Positions 10,847 through 23,914 of a stretch of DNA of 64,000 bases are shown one piece after another. The notes beneath the pieces are model-generated. The model did not search any database. It was not told the DNA's origin and worked only from the letters and a program-made list of their open reading frames with translations. The stretch spans positions 310,001-374,000 of the forward strand of contig NW_003314361.1 of assembly GCF_000143415.4 (NCBI RefSeq), read 5' to 3'. This stretch comes from Selaginella moellendorffii (Eukaryota; Plantae; Lycopodiophyta). Each line of letters starts with the position of its first letter. The stretch's first letter is position 1. The position numbers and the translations under genes are program-made.

Positions 10847-12944
10847 TCACTGAGCTGGTTTTTCACTGATTGGAGCCGGAAGTTTTGCATTTCATTTAAA
10901 GTCGTTCACAGGTAGTTTTCGAGACAGCTGTGTTCTTGATCTAGGATCGTGTTACCGCCGGCCTAAATGGGGTGAAGAAAATGAATGATATTTTCATGGA
11001 TAATAGCATCGTTGGGGTCCATGTATGAGTATCAAATTTTTTCGGTATTTCTTACACTTTATATGATAGTTTCAAACTTGAAATTGTCACATAGGGGAAA
11101 ATTTTAGATATGACCAAGCACTTACGGAAATAAAACACAATTAATAAATAATATTTGTAATCAAATTTTTTGTTTTCTAGCGTTAATCAGCAATATCTCG
11201 TCATGTGGATAACACACTAGACAATGTCTCAGCATTAATTACAGAGAGCCGGAAAATGGGTGTGTGGTAGTTTGATGCATGCATTATGAATAAGGTAGTA
11301 AAGAATTTACCCTTGAGCTGGATGATCAGCAAGGATTTTTTTTATATTAAAGCGTTCTTGTTCTACTTCAGCCAGTAAAAATTTTTGTTGTGGAGTATAA
11401 GAAGAATTGGGAACATTTATCAATAACATCACTACTATAGACATGAAGATATTATATTTCTATACATGTGTACTTACTGGTTGACTTTTACTCAGGGAGG
11501 GATACCATGTTGCCGTTGTTCAAGCCTCATGCTTAAAAATAAAAATATCAAGCATTGGTGTATATATATGTATTCCTTTCTCTTCACTTCTTCACACTCC
11601 ATTCCATTTCCTCTGCTCCACACCATGTTTCATCTCCACCAATATGCAATATGGACGGGTTTAGGGAATATTTATAGCTTTCAGGAGTTCAATTTATTTA
11701 TAATTAAGTACTCATTACTAGATTAAAGTTATAAGCATGACTATAAATAATAATTATTTCAATCAACTTTATAAAACTTCAATGACAAATTATAGTTTTG
11801 AGCTTCTAACAAATTATGGTTTTGATGTTATTTCTACTGATAAAAAAAGAAATTGATTTCTCAATTTAACATAACCTCCCATTTTTTGTAATGCAATAAA
11901 TTTTTGTAATATATATGAAAAAGCTTCAATAAGATAATTTCTAGTAGCTTTAAGATTACGAGTTGTTCTTCTTGATATTACTAAAGAAACTTTCAGATTT
12001 GGAGAATATTCTCTGTACCTTATTCTCAATGGGCATTGATTTAACATATTATTTGAAACATCACAATATTCATTAGTATTAATTATTGCTTGTTGACCAT
12101 GTGTGTAACAGGATTCAATGCAGCACTTGAATAACACAAATATTTAATAAAATATCAAAGAAAAAATATTAAAACAATTTTAAGTATCATAATTTATAAA
12201 ACCTTAAAAACTTACAAAATATTTAAATAGGATAACATAAGCACTATTGCTATGGGTTGGCGTGACTATTAAGGATAGATATATATGTTTCTAAATATTA
12301 TTTATAATGAATTTTTAATACCTTACGTATGTCAAGATATTAGAAGTATTTAAAAATTATTAAATTAAAAATTAAAAATTATATTTTTATCAACTTAAAA
12401 TTATATTTTATAAATGTAGAAGATTAATAACTTAATATTATGTAAGTATAATAAAGTTTTGTACTTATTATATTGCAATTTAAGAATTTTATGGTAGTAA
12501 TTGATTGCTTTTATAATCAAGAGTATAACCAAACACTGTCATACTTATATATGAATACGAATTTGTATTTAAATGTTCAGAAAAATCATTTTATTTTCTA
12601 ATTTATGATTATTCTTATATAACTATTACACATTTCTTTTATTTTCCCTCTGAAATATTCAAGAAAGAAGAGGAAAATTACAAAGAAATAAACAAAGTGT
12701 AATGAGATTGTTCCTCTTCTGAACTTGGTATTTGATTAGATTAGCTTTATTTTTAGAATTATTATTACTATTGTAGTTTATAATTTTCTAACCAAGCATA
12801 TAAGAGTGAATGTACCTGAATATACCTAGATATGCTTGAATATTATAGTATATTCTATCATCTATTATAGTGAATATATCTTAAATATATAAATCCATAG
12901 GTATTTATAAATATAATAGGTGCAAGCGGCGAGAACAATCGCGA

Positions 12945-14459
12945 ACGAGACTTCGTCCTTTGCTCCTTCCAAGTTCATCTCGTGAAAGAACGTGGTGGCA
13001 AGCTTTGCATGGCCGTTGTGGGCGAGTGCTGCGAGCAAAGAGTTACAGGCTTTCTCGACGTGCTCGAGGGAGAATCCATTGAAACGTTACACTTGGTCAT
13101 GTTTATAAACATCTTTCTGGCTTCCTCAAGATACCCATTCTGGGCATATACGCTCACCATATTCCAGCCTCTCGGATATGGGCGTTTGTGACGTATCCAT
13201 TGAGCACGGTGTTCCACGATCGAGAACTCTGGTGTGGGATGAGATCGAGCAAAGACAGAGTTCGATCCATGCGGTCGCTGCTCGAGTATCCCGCGATCAT
13301 GGTGTTCCACGAGACGGTGTCGTGCTTTGGCATCGAGCAAAACACCTCTTCGGCGAGATCGATCTGGTTGGAGCTCGAGTAATTGACGAGCATGGAGTTC
13401 CAGGTGACAAAGCTGTGCTGCGGCATTCTCGCGAATCTCTCTCGCGCTTCCTTCGTGTGGCCTCTCTGAGCTTGTCCCGTGAGTAGCGTCGTCCAGGACA
13501 CAACGTTTCGCAGCGCCATTCCATCGAAGATCCTCTCGGCCTGGACGAGGTCTCCTGCTTCACAGAGAATTCGGATCATCGTGTTCCACGACTTGAGATC
13601 TCGCGCGGGCATCCTCCAAAACGTCTCGATAGCTTCTTCGAGACAGCCACACTGGACGAACGCCGAGACCACCGCATTCCATGACACGATATCCCACTCG
13701 GGCATCCTCTCAAACGCTGTTCGAGCCATTTCCACTCGACCATTGTGTCCGAATCCCGCCACCATCGCCGTCCACGAGAGAAGATTCGCAGCTGGAGCTC
13801 GAGAGAACATCCGCTCCCCCTCGACAATCTTTCCCTGCTCGGCTCGCGCGGAGAGAAGGTTGTTCCATGCCGCGAGATTCCACTGCGGCATGCGATGGAA
13901 GGCGATATCTCCATCGTCGAGCTCGCCATTCTGTGCCAGCGCAGAGATTAGAGCGCTCCACGACGTCGAATCTCTTCGCTCCATCGAGTGAAAAGCCCTG
14001 GCTGCCTCATGCGTGAAGCCGGAGTTTGCATAGCCCGTGATCATCGCGTTCCACGAGATCACGTCCTTCTCGGGAATCTGCCGAAAAAGAAACTTTGAGA
14101 AGATCTCCTGAGCTCGATTTATGTTACCTGTGTTGGACATGGCCAGGAGCGCGTACCAGGAAAGCCGGTCCCGCTCCGGCATGGAATCAAACAGATGCTT
14201 TGCAAGGTGGTGATGCCCGAGCTGGGAGCGATTCAAACACACAGCGCGCATCTTTCAATCGCCCGCACTTGCTATACGCCCTCAGGATCTGGTTCCCCAG
14301 CAGCGTGTTGTCGCGAAATTCGCTGCGGCGAATGGATTCCCGGACCCTTTCTAGCTCCTCCACGTTCTTGGAGGTGGAGCAGGCCTGGAGGGCCTCTACA
14401 AAAGAATGGAAGGCATCGTGGCGAGGATCGCGCGACGAGAGCGAGATCCTCGATCGCAT
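12945..14459 (-). pseudogene. PLS/SS-type PPR pseudogene
   Basis: N-terminal ORF 14187-14459 frameshifts into 13154-14251 (31-aa repeats MPE.D.VSWNA). A further deletion/frameshift at about 13160 and a truncated tail. Confidence 0.85.
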
Positions 14460-14559
14460 CACTCGCCATGAATGCGGGCGAGCAGTGGAGAAGATCTATA
14501 TCTAAAGTTCACACTCCCAGGCTATTCCAAAAGATCAAACTTTGTATGACGGTGTTCCC

Positions 14560-17355
14560 TCAAGATCTGTTCTCCAGCAGCGTGTTCTTTCTTCTTCCAT
14601 CGTCTGGAAAGCTGGAAGCTGCGTAAGTGTTGGCCAAGAACACATAGGCTGCTCCCTCCCGGCCATCCAATCTCATCACGGCCTCAAACGCCACCCTTCC
14701 AATTCTCACATTCCTCCACTTCTGGCAGGCAGCCAAGAGCGCGAGCCAAATCGTCTTGTCGGCCTCCACAGGCATGCTTTCTATGGTTTCCAAGGCATCG
14801 TCCAGGCGGTTTGCTCGTCCCAAGAGATCCACCATGCAAGTGTAGTGATCCAGGCCCGGCGAGATTCCAAACTTTTTCATGAGCTCGAAGAACTCCCTCG
14901 CCTTGTCTACAAGGCCGGCATGGCTGAAAGCCGTGAGGATCAACAGGAAAGTTACGCCGCTGGGCCGGATTCTTTCTTCCACCATCTTCTCGAAGAGCTC
15001 CAGTACTCGAGCAGTATTGCCTTGCTTTGCAAATCCTGCCATGACTGTGTTCCACGCCACCGAGTTCCTCGTCTCCATAGCTTGGAAAACCTCCATTGCA
15101 TCGACCATGCTTCCACACTTTCCGTAGAAATCGATCAAACAGGACGCGAGCTGCTGCTTGTGCTCCTCCAAGTGATCACCACCACGGATCTCCGCGTGGA
15201 TCTCTTTCCCTGTCTTGAGAGCTCCCAGGATCCCGCAAGCTTTCAAAGCCGCCATGAAAGTCACTCCATCCGGAACGAAAGACCCGTTCTCCAGCATCCG
15301 CCGAAAGAGCTCGAGCGCCAGCTCCGCCTCTCCGGCCTGAGCATAGCCTGATATCATCGCGTTCCACGAAACCAAGTCACGGTTCTCCATCTTCTCAAAA
15401 ACTCTCCTCGCGCTGGACAAGCTCCCGCACTTGGCATACATGTCCACCAGCGTGTTTGCCACCAAAATCTGGCACTCGCAGCCAAGCTCTGACATCTGAG
15501 TGTGGATTGCCACGCCCCTCTCCAGGCCAAGAGCTTGATCTCTCGCTGGAAAGTTTGCGCAGGCTTTCAAGGCAGCGATGAAAGTTGCTCCATCAGGTCT
15601 CAAGCCATCTTTCACTTGCATGAGGTCGAAGAGTTCCAATGCTCGCTCGCTGCTGCTGTTCTGTGCGTATCCCAGGATGAGAGCGTTCCACGAGACCAAG
15701 TCACGCCTTCTCATCCTCCAAAACACCCGGCTAGCGTCTTCCATGCTTCCACACTTGCAGTACATATCCACAAGGCTGTTCTGCACGAAAAGCTCCGAGC
15801 CACACCCCATCCTTTCTGCCTCGGCGTGGAGAGAAAATCCCTTCTCCATGGACTCTAGCTTGACAACCTTGCCTTGAATCACCTGGCCCTGTTCTTTCGC
15901 CGAGAGCTCCGCACAGGCCTTTAGAGCAGCCACCACGGTTCTTGAATTTGGCTGGCACTGATCCAATCTCGTGAAGAACTGGAAAAGCTCGAGCGCAATT
16001 TCGCCATCTCCATTCTGAGCGTAGCCAAGGATGAGAGCTGTCCATGACACGACGCTCCACCTCTTCTCTAGCCGGTTGAAGACCCGCTGCGCGTCGTCCA
16101 TGGTTCCACACTTGGCGTAGAAGTCGACCAGAGTGTTGGCCACGAAAACATCCATCTCGTAGCCACCATTTGCAAGCTCCGAGTGAAGAGCCATGCCTCT
16201 CTCCAGAGACTTGAGCTTGAAAAGCCGTCCACCCTTCATCGAGCTCGAGGAAGCGAGACGCTGACCAGCTTCCTTGGCTGCACAGTCACAACAAGCCGTC
16301 AAGGCGGAGACAAAACTTCTCGCGTTTGGAGTGAATTTTTCTACCTCTTGCATGCTCCGGAAGAACTCCAAGGCAAGGTCTCCTCGTCCACACAGCGCGC
16401 AAGCCATCACCATCGCGTTCCACAGCACCAGGTCGCGGCACTGCGCTCTCCAAAACGCCCGCTCCGCGTCTTGGATGCTCCCACACTTTGCGTAGAAATC
16501 CACCAGCGTGCTCGCCACGAAAATCTCTGCGTCATAGCCAGATCTCGCCAGCCGGGAGTGAAGAGCCATCCCCGTCTCCAAACTTTTCATCTTTGGTTCT
16601 TCCCTGGTGGCCATGTTGGTGCAAGCTTTCAAGGTGGCGACGTAAGTTCTCGCGTTTGGCTTGCAGCCACTGGAATCCATCCGAAGAAGGAGCTCCAGCG
16701 CGACCTCTCCTCGTCCAATCTGTGCGTATCCCATCATCAAGCTTGTCCAGGAGACGACGCTGCGGTGTTTCATCCTCTCAAACACCCGCCGAGCATCGTC
16801 CAAGCTCCCGGACTTGACGAAAGTATCGATGAGCGTGTTCGCGACGTAGATATCCGACTCAAATCCCAGCTTCACGGCCAAAGCTTCCACGCTTCTGGCA
16901 ATCTCCAAAGAATCGACCATCGTGGATTCTCCATGTTTCTTCGAGCTCGATCTTCTAGAGTCTCTCTCGTGATCTTTCTCCTTGTCCGCGCAGTCCGCAC
17001 AGCACTTGAGCACGGCCACGAGAGTCCGGGGATTTGGAACGAAGCCGAGATCTTGCATTGCCGAGAATACCTGGAGCCCGACCTCCCCCTTCCCAGCGTG
17101 CGCATACCCCGCGACGAGCGAATTCCACGAGACACTGTCCAGAGCTCCGGCGGCCAGCATTCCCTGGAAGAAGAAACGGCGGGCGTCTTCAATGCCGCCA
17201 CACCTGGCGTAAGTGGAAACGATGGCGTTGGCCACGAAAACGTTGAGAGCATTGCCTTGGTGCGCCGCAGTGGCGTGGATCTTCCTGGCGGACTGGAGGT
17301 CGCTGGCGCCGCCGCAAGCTTTGAGCGAGGCGATCGTGTCGGGAATGCTAAGCAT
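14560..17355 (-). CDS. PLS-class PPR protein with E extension, long-L motifs
   Basis: Repeated P-L-S triplets (VANTLVDFYAKCG..A.RVF..DLVSWNA). C-terminal HYTCMVDLLGRA..WLALLAAC..YVFLANTY, no DYW. First ATG is 17355; the track start at 17427 is GTG. Confidence 0.92.
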   Translation of the reverse strand: MLSIPDTIASLKACGGASDLQSARKIHATAAHQGNALNVFVANAIVSTYARCGGIEDARRFFFQGMLAAGALDSVSWNSLVAGYAHAGKGEVGLQVFSAMQDLGFVPNPRTLVAVLKCCADCADKEKDHERDSRRSSSKKHGESTMVDSLEIARSVEALAVKLGFESDIYVANTLIDTFVKSGSLDDARRVFERMKHRSVVSWTSLMMGYAQIGRGEVALELLLRMDSSGCKPNARTYVATLKACTNMATREEPKMKSLETGMALHSRLARSGYDAEIFVASTLVDFYAKCGSIQDAERAFWRAQCRDLVLWNAMVMACALCGRGDLALEFFRSMQEVEKFTPNARSFVSALTACCDCAAKEAGQRLASSSSMKGGRLFKLKSLERGMALHSELANGGYEMDVFVANTLVDFYAKCGTMDDAQRVFNRLEKRWSVVSWTALILGYAQNGDGEIALELFQFFTRLDQCQPNSRTVVAALKACAELSAKEQGQVIQGKVVKLESMEKGFSLHAEAERMGCGSELFVQNSLVDMYCKCGSMEDASRVFWRMRRRDLVSWNALILGYAQNSSSERALELFDLMQVKDGLRPDGATFIAALKACANFPARDQALGLERGVAIHTQMSELGCECQILVANTLVDMYAKCGSLSSARRVFEKMENRDLVSWNAMISGYAQAGEAELALELFRRMLENGSFVPDGVTFMAALKACGILGALKTGKEIHAEIRGGDHLEEHKQQLASCLIDFYGKCGSMVDAMEVFQAMETRNSVAWNTVMAGFAKQGNTARVLELFEKMVEERIRPSGVTFLLILTAFSHAGLVDKAREFFELMKKFGISPGLDHYTCMVDLLGRANRLDDALETIESMPVEADKTIWLALLAACQKWRNVRIGRVAFEAVMRLDGREGAAYVFLANTYAASSFPDDGRRKNTLLENRS

Positions 17356-17481
17356 ACCTTCAAAAGCCCTACATTCTAGATACGACACGAAGAACCCTAA
17401 CGGACCGTCTTTATAAAAAGGAAACACTGCAAGGGGAGAAAGGTGGCTATCAAGTGATAGTTACACAAACCCATAGGAAGA

Positions 17482-19188
17482 TCAAGCCTTCGCCTTGGCA
17501 AATTCTCGGGACTTAGCCAAAAGCGCGGTAGTCTCTTCGTTGTCCGCCACCTTTGATTTCATCATCCTGAACTCAAACTGCAATGGCGCCGGCCTCTCTG
17601 CCGCGATGTAAACCTCGAGCAGCTGATTGAACACCCGCGCGTCTCGCCACCCTTTGTACCTCGCGAACAAGGCCTCCGCCGCCTCCACGTCCTTGGCCTT
17701 CTTGTAAACCGGCAGCATCTTCTTGAGCGTCAAGTAGCTCGGCCTCGTCCTCGGGCAGCACACCTCGAGCGCTTCCTTGGTCTTTTCCATGGCCAGATCG
17801 CGCTCCTTGAGCGCAATGTGCCCGGCAATCAGCTCGTCGTAGCAGCCAAACGGGATCTTCCGCTCGCCCTCCTTGTTCTTGAGATGATTGACAAGCCCCA
17901 CTGCTCGATCCATCCTCCCGTTCGTCACGTAGGCTCGGACCAGCGATGGATAGAAAGTCATGAGATCCGGCTTCTTCCACGACTCGACACGCTCCGTAAA
18001 GTGATAGACCGTTTCCATCTTCCCGACCTGTCCGAAAGCTTCCACTCCGGCTGCGAAGGCGTACGTTGGGATGTGGTCGTGGCTCTCGATCAAGGCCCAG
18101 GCCTTCTTCACGCCACTGAAATCGCCCATGTAAGCGTAGGCGAGCATGGCATTGGTGGCGGCGTTGAGTCCATCCTTTTTCGTGTCGAGACTGCTCAAGG
18201 TGTCGTCCAGGATCGTCTCGGCCTCCTTCTTGTCGATCTCGATCCCCAGCCTGCGACTGTACTTTGCGAGCGTCCAGAAGGTGAGGTCGCTGGGCTTGAT
18301 CCCCGCCTTTCTCATCCGGTTGTAAGCGTCCACAGCCTTTTCGTCCTCCTCCATCCGGATGTACATGAGCATGAGCTGGTTATGAGCTTGGGCGGTGGTG
18401 GGAGTGAAGGAGTCGAGGATGAATTCCGCTTTGTTTGCTCGGTTCTTGTTGCAGTAGGCGGACATGATCCGCGTGTAGACCGCGGGAGTCTTGGCCTCGG
18501 GTGGCATGTCGTCGAAGATCCTCTTCACGACCTGGAGCTTGTTGGCTTTCTGTGCCGCTTTCATGGAGAGCTCGTAGATCTTGGACGAGACGGGGAGGGG
18601 CTTGTCAACGAGCACCCAGCGCATTATCTGGGAGAAGAAGAAGAAAAAATCGATTTTTACGAGCAGTTCTTCAAGCCAAAGTCTTTGCGTACCTTGTAGA
18701 CTTGGTCATGGCGTTGGCGGCCCCAGAGCTTCCGGAAGAGCTTGAAGAGCATCTCTCTCGTGAACTTGGTCTTGGTCTGTTCCTGCCACTCCGCCACCAC
18801 AGCCTTGGGCGACCGGTAAGGATTCGCGATGAGCGTGTTGCACAGCAAGTTGTAAGGCACGACCTCGGTCCTGTGGAGCCGGGTGGAATCCGGATCCAAA
18901 TCCTCCTCCTCCTCCTCGGACGCGGCCTCGGCGGAGAACTTCCCCTCGGAGAATGTACCCGACTTGGAGCTGGCGAGAGCGGTGGCGGCGCTGGAGGAGA
19001 TGCCCCTGGCGCTGGCCGGGAGGAGAAGCACCATGATCTTGGACTCATTGTGATGCGACGAGACCAAGAAGCTGCGGCACTGAGATCTGTGGAAGAAATG
19101 CAATGGGTCGATCCCAAAATCACGGTGGAGGAGACGCTTACCTCGTCGCGCCGCCCGCTTTGGACAGCGCCCTCAGCAAGTACCCCAT
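17482..19188 (-). CDS. P-class PPR protein, probably mitochondrial; exons 19188-19142, 19086-18693, 18627-17482
   Basis: Spliced N-terminus MGYLLRALSKAGGATRSQCRSFLVSS resembles a presequence. Divergent 35-aa repeats (VYTRIMSAYC, HNQLMLMY..MRKAGIKPS). Confidence 0.8.
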
Positions 19189-20050
19189 CTAGGGCACCGA
19201 AAAACCCAAAACCCAAAGCTTAGGGAACGGAGAATATTCTAAAATGATGCCTCCTTTAATGCTAACGTTGCATGTGGCATTCTATCTTAGGGCTTATGAA
19301 TTGACCGATTAAAGAATTGACAATGTTTAAAGCATCTATTTGCTTCTCTATGGCAGACACCCTCGTTTTCTAAAAGGAAGCCCTTTCTCTGTGTCAAACA
19401 TATCATACGCATTTGGACGTGCGAACAAGGCCAATGTCACCCACGAATTGGCCCTCCAACAACAATTCAATGGCTCCTTTTTCTAGAACATCACAAAAAA
19501 CAATCCCGGAATTAGGGCACACATAAACCATGGAAGGATGGGCGATTAGAATATATTTCGTATGGTATGGTACCTTGCAAAGAAAAAATTATATGCCCAG
19601 TGGGTCCGCTGGGATCTTATTTGCTGCGTTCTTTTACATGGTTCTATATCTCTCTCGCCTTCTTTCTCTTCTTTTCGAGCGCCAAGTTCGAATCACCAAC
19701 GTGCACCAAAAACATCAAATCATTCGAATTACACACTCCTGCCAAAGTGGACTTGGTCTCATCTGTCCACGTGGACGGCCGCGATGCAGCCACGTTTCAT
19801 TACCCGATGCTGGGAGCTAGGGTTCTTGGCGAGGAGGAGCCACGCAGCAGCGGGCGCAAGGCGTTGAGTGGGAGGAGGAATCGCGCAGCTAGCTCGGGAT
19901 GTTTAGATTCATGCGCGGCTTCACTTGGAAGGGCCGGCCGCCTTCAATCGCCGGGAGAATGCGGCTCTAGGAGGCGAGCGAGCGAGCAGTGGTAGATTAT
20001 GGATTTGGAGCGAGAGTGAGCGCTTGCACAGGTGCCCGCGCGCTGCGTTG

Positions 20051-21627
20051 ATGGCTTCGGAGGATGACAGGTATTTCTCGCGGAAGGAGCTGGCAAAGGG
20101 ATCCCGTGTGCTTCCAGAGATTGACGAGAGCTACCTCTCTATCTCAGTGGACAGGCTTGATGGAGGAGCTCCCTGCAAGCTAGATGTGGATGAGAGATGG
20201 ATCATCGATCCCAGGATGCTGCTGGTTGGCTCCAAGCTCGGAGAGGGTGCTCACGGGAAGGTGTACGAAGGAAAGTGAGTAGAAATTTTTGGAGGAGTCG
20301 TGACACACACCAATTTATGAATTTTTTTCCTCCTTTCTCCAGGTACCGAGATCTCAGTGTTGCAGTGAAAATCATCCAGGTGGGTGATACGCCAGAGGAC
20401 GTTGCTAAAGCAAGGTCGAGATTCGTGAGAGAAGTGGCCATGCTTTCGAAAGTACAGCACAAAAATCTTGTCAAGGTATTAACTCCGGTTTTGGAAGCTT
20501 GTGTTTTGATTCCCATCCTTCACAGTTTATCGGTGCCTGTGAGGAGCCCATGGTTTTGGTAACCGAGCTACTCAGTGGGAATTCTCTTCGGAAGTATCTC
20601 GTGAATTTGCGACCACACCGGATGGAGCTGGAACAAGCTATCACGTTTGCACTGGAGATCGCCCAAGTCATGGACTGTCTACATGCGAATGGAATCATTC
20701 ACAGGGATTTAAAACCGGGTAAAGTTTCTCTCACTGCGTGCTTGCTCGCAGAATGACTGACTCTTCTCCTCCACTCCCAGATAACTTGCTCCTTACGGCG
20801 GATCAAAAGTCTGTAAAACTTGCGGACTTTGGACTGGCCCGAGAAGAAAGTGTTACAGAAATGATGACTGCAGAGACAGGGACGTATCGCTGGATGGCTC
20901 CAGAGGTGAGATATGCTCTTATCCATAATCTTCCATTTTGTGCTAAAACAAAACCTTCTCTTTTACTCCCTCGCAGCTCTACAGCACGGTGACGCTAAGA
21001 AACGGCGAAAAGAAGCATTATAATCAAAAGGTGGACGTCTACAGCTTTGCCATCGTGTTGTGGGAGCTGCTGACCAACCGGATGCCTTTCGAAGGCATGT
21101 CCAATCTTCAAGCCGCGTATGCGGCGGCTTTCAAGGTACTTACAATACTTTTCTCTTCACTTTCCTTTCTCTCTTTTCTAGAGTCTGCTCGCTTGTCAAC
21201 GTCTCATAAAAAATGCTTTTTTGCGGTTTCCTAGAACGTCAGGCCGAGCCATCCCGAGTCCGAGAAGCTACCCGAGGAGCTAGTGTTCATCCTACAGTCG
21301 TGCTGGGCTGAAGATCCGAGTGTGAGGCCTAATTTTGCTCAGGTGGTGAGGATGCTGACGGCATTCCTCTTCTCGCTACCAGGTCCACAAAGGGCTCCTC
21401 CCAAGCAGATCATCGTCTCCAAGAACTTTGGAGGGAAGGATCTATCGCCCAGTCCCAGCCCCAGCCCCGGAGGCTCCAATTCCACTTCCAGGATGGAGAC
21501 GCCCATGTCCGCTGCTGGATCATCCTCCTCGGTGGCTGGAAATGGGAGCCTGTCCACCAAGCACAGCAGGCTCTTCCAGTGCTTTGGCCAGTGTTTTTTG
21601 TCAGGAGCTCCCGGAAGCTTGCACTAA
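20051..21627 (+). CDS. Raf-like/STY (ATN1/STY13-like) Ser/Thr/Tyr protein kinase, 6 exons
   Basis: [19 protein letters not shown]|[36 protein letters not shown] across short GT-AG introns. Confidence 0.93.
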
Positions 21628-21777
21628 AAAGTTCTATAGATCTCTTTTAACTCAGCCTCGCTGTGCCTTGGAGCGAGCAAGGCATTTGTATATATCAAGG
21701 CAAACACAGGCTCTTTTCGATCCATGGAATGGAAGAATTAAAAGAAAAGGGAGAGGGGAGAGGACTGAGGCCAGAAA

Positions 21778-23914
21778 ATGGAAATGAGAGCCTCTAGTTT
21801 GCCCCGAGCAAAGTTTGCCACTGGAGGCAAGATCGACGCCAAGATGCCTACCTCCTTACGAGTGGAGGGCGCTGGAGATGTCGCCCTCCCTCTCTCCAGG
21901 GATGGTTTCCTCAAGCTCCAGGCCATGTCGCAGCGCAAGCACCCTATGGAAACAGTGTACGCCATGCATGGCAAGTTGAAGCGTCCAAGGTGAGCTGCCC
22001 ACAAATCCCAGACTTTTTCTCAAAGGTGGTGCCCAACCTGGCCATTCCGGTGGCGATAATCAACACCGATTCCTTGATGCCGGATGTGAGACTGTACAAG
22101 CTGCTGCTGCATGAGAAAGGTGGCCACTTGCAGTTTCACAGGGATACTGAAAAGGAGGATGGCATGTTTGGGACGATGATCTTGCAGCTCCCCACGGAAG
22201 GGTAAGCTGGAAGTTCGCCGTGGAAAGAAGATGCTAGCTTTCGATTTCTCAGGTGCTTCTAGCTCGAGCACGGGCTATTTCCAGAGTGCGTTCTTCTGCG
22301 ATTGTGAACAGGCTCTGTCTCGTGTTTAATCTGGTGAGGTCGAGCAACCAAAAGGTTTTTCAGATGGATTATTTGAAGCTTCCGTGTCTGCCATTGGGAC
22401 TGTCCAAAAGCTTCTCAAAGAATGGACAGCCATTGAAAAGGAGCCATATCTTTTGATCCCACTGGGACACAAATACTGGGGTACAAGCCTAAGTTCCGCC
22501 GGACTCAAGGGACACGACCGAGTTGTGGCAGCACTTGTGTTGAGTTGCACGGACTTTTTGGATCTCTGCAGGCTCGGGCGAGTTACTTCTTCGTCCGCTA
22601 TGAAGTAGATAGACTGATCATTGGCGATCAAGAAATCGAGGATTTCGACTTGATAGTTGAGTTGGAGAGCGTTATAAGACGTGCAGCAGATTATGCGATA
22701 AGCCAGATGAAACATACTATCATGGAGGCTGGTGCGTCACCATCTACTATACCGCTTCTTTGATGGTGTGGCCAAAGGATCAGAGAGCAGACATGCTGTG
22801 CAAGATAGATGTTGTAGCGAACTGGATCGAGGAAAAGCTCAAATCGGAGCCGAAAGCAAACGAGGAAGGACTTAATGCACTTCATCGTAGAAAGGCTCCC
22901 CCGTGAGAAATCTTCTTATAAGGATCATCCTCTGCTGGAGCTTTGCCTGAGGCATGATTTTCGCGAAGAAGCCTTCCTGATCATGACGAAGTGTGGGGTG
23001 TTGTTTATGGCAAAAGGAGAACGGAAGCCCTGGAAACAATGGTTGCCATGATACAGAAATATGAATGCTACAAAAACTTGATTGAGCTTTTGTTGGAAGC
23101 GATGGTCACAAATAACTATGAATGGGATGAAATGATTTTCCGCTTTGCAAGCCATCTACGAGCCAATGGCTTCCAAAACAAGGTTGATGAGCAACAGGAC
23201 AGTGATCAGTTCGCTGCGTTGTTGGGGCTTGAAGAGGAGACATGGCATGCTTTGAAGGCTGCCACGCCACAGAATACAAGCCCGGAGTGTTTGGCTATGG
23301 TGGCGAAGGAGTGGGGACTCGAGAAAAGTCGTCCTCACCTCCAAGAGTTTTGGGACAAGAGCTCTAAAGTTATGAAGAGGAGAGATTTCTTGAAAAAGCT
23401 AGCGAGATTTGGTGTGGAGCTCGAGTGCCAAGGGTGTCACGATGCTGCACTGATCTTTGCAAACAAGGAGATCTTCAAAGATGTCACCCTGAAAGAGTTA
23501 TGACGTGAAACACGTCCCTTAGAATATGCGGATGGTCTGTGTGTGCTGCTCTTGACAAGGGATGACAAGTTCCATGAAGATTTGAGAAATAAGGCCAGCA
23601 TAGCGATAGTCAAAATCACGAGAAGAGCAGCCGAGTTGTTTGAATTGAAAGAGGATGAAAGGTGACGCAGCTCTTCTCGGAAATGCTGTTAAAATATGGG
23701 TGTTGGAGACTGCGTTTTCGATAAACTTGTGAGAGTTCATTGTCTAGATAAGGAACTGGCTGAAAGTCTAGTGGAGAAATCCAAGGCGTGGGATGGTGAT
23801 TCCAGGGATAAGTTTGGAGAGGTGGTAGAGGCCACAGTTCACTATTTCTTAACGGAAGAAGTGAGTTATGAAGATGAGAAAAGCAACTCAAGGAGAGAGC
23901 GTGTTGTAATTTGA
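21778..23914 (+). pseudogene. 2OG-Fe(II) oxygenase-domain protein pseudogene
   Basis: FATGG..LRVEGAGDVALPLS, QAPYG..SVRHAWQ, LYKLLLHEKGGHLQFHRDTEKEDGMFGTMILQLP (HxD), GKLEVR, AFFCDCE, RLCLVFNL. Several frameshifts and stops, with a long helical C-terminal remainder. Confidence 0.8.

Noticed and set aside
11814-12137. AT-rich 107-aa ORF as a viral or giant-virus insertion
   Set aside because: No recognisable motif and a non-ATG start. It cannot be supported without a search.
16183-17379. Long antisense ORFs over PPR, GPR107 and similar genes (also 17818-18699, 24833-25543, 51454-52605)
   Set aside because: Expected shadows of GC-rich coding sequence, with no independent motifs.
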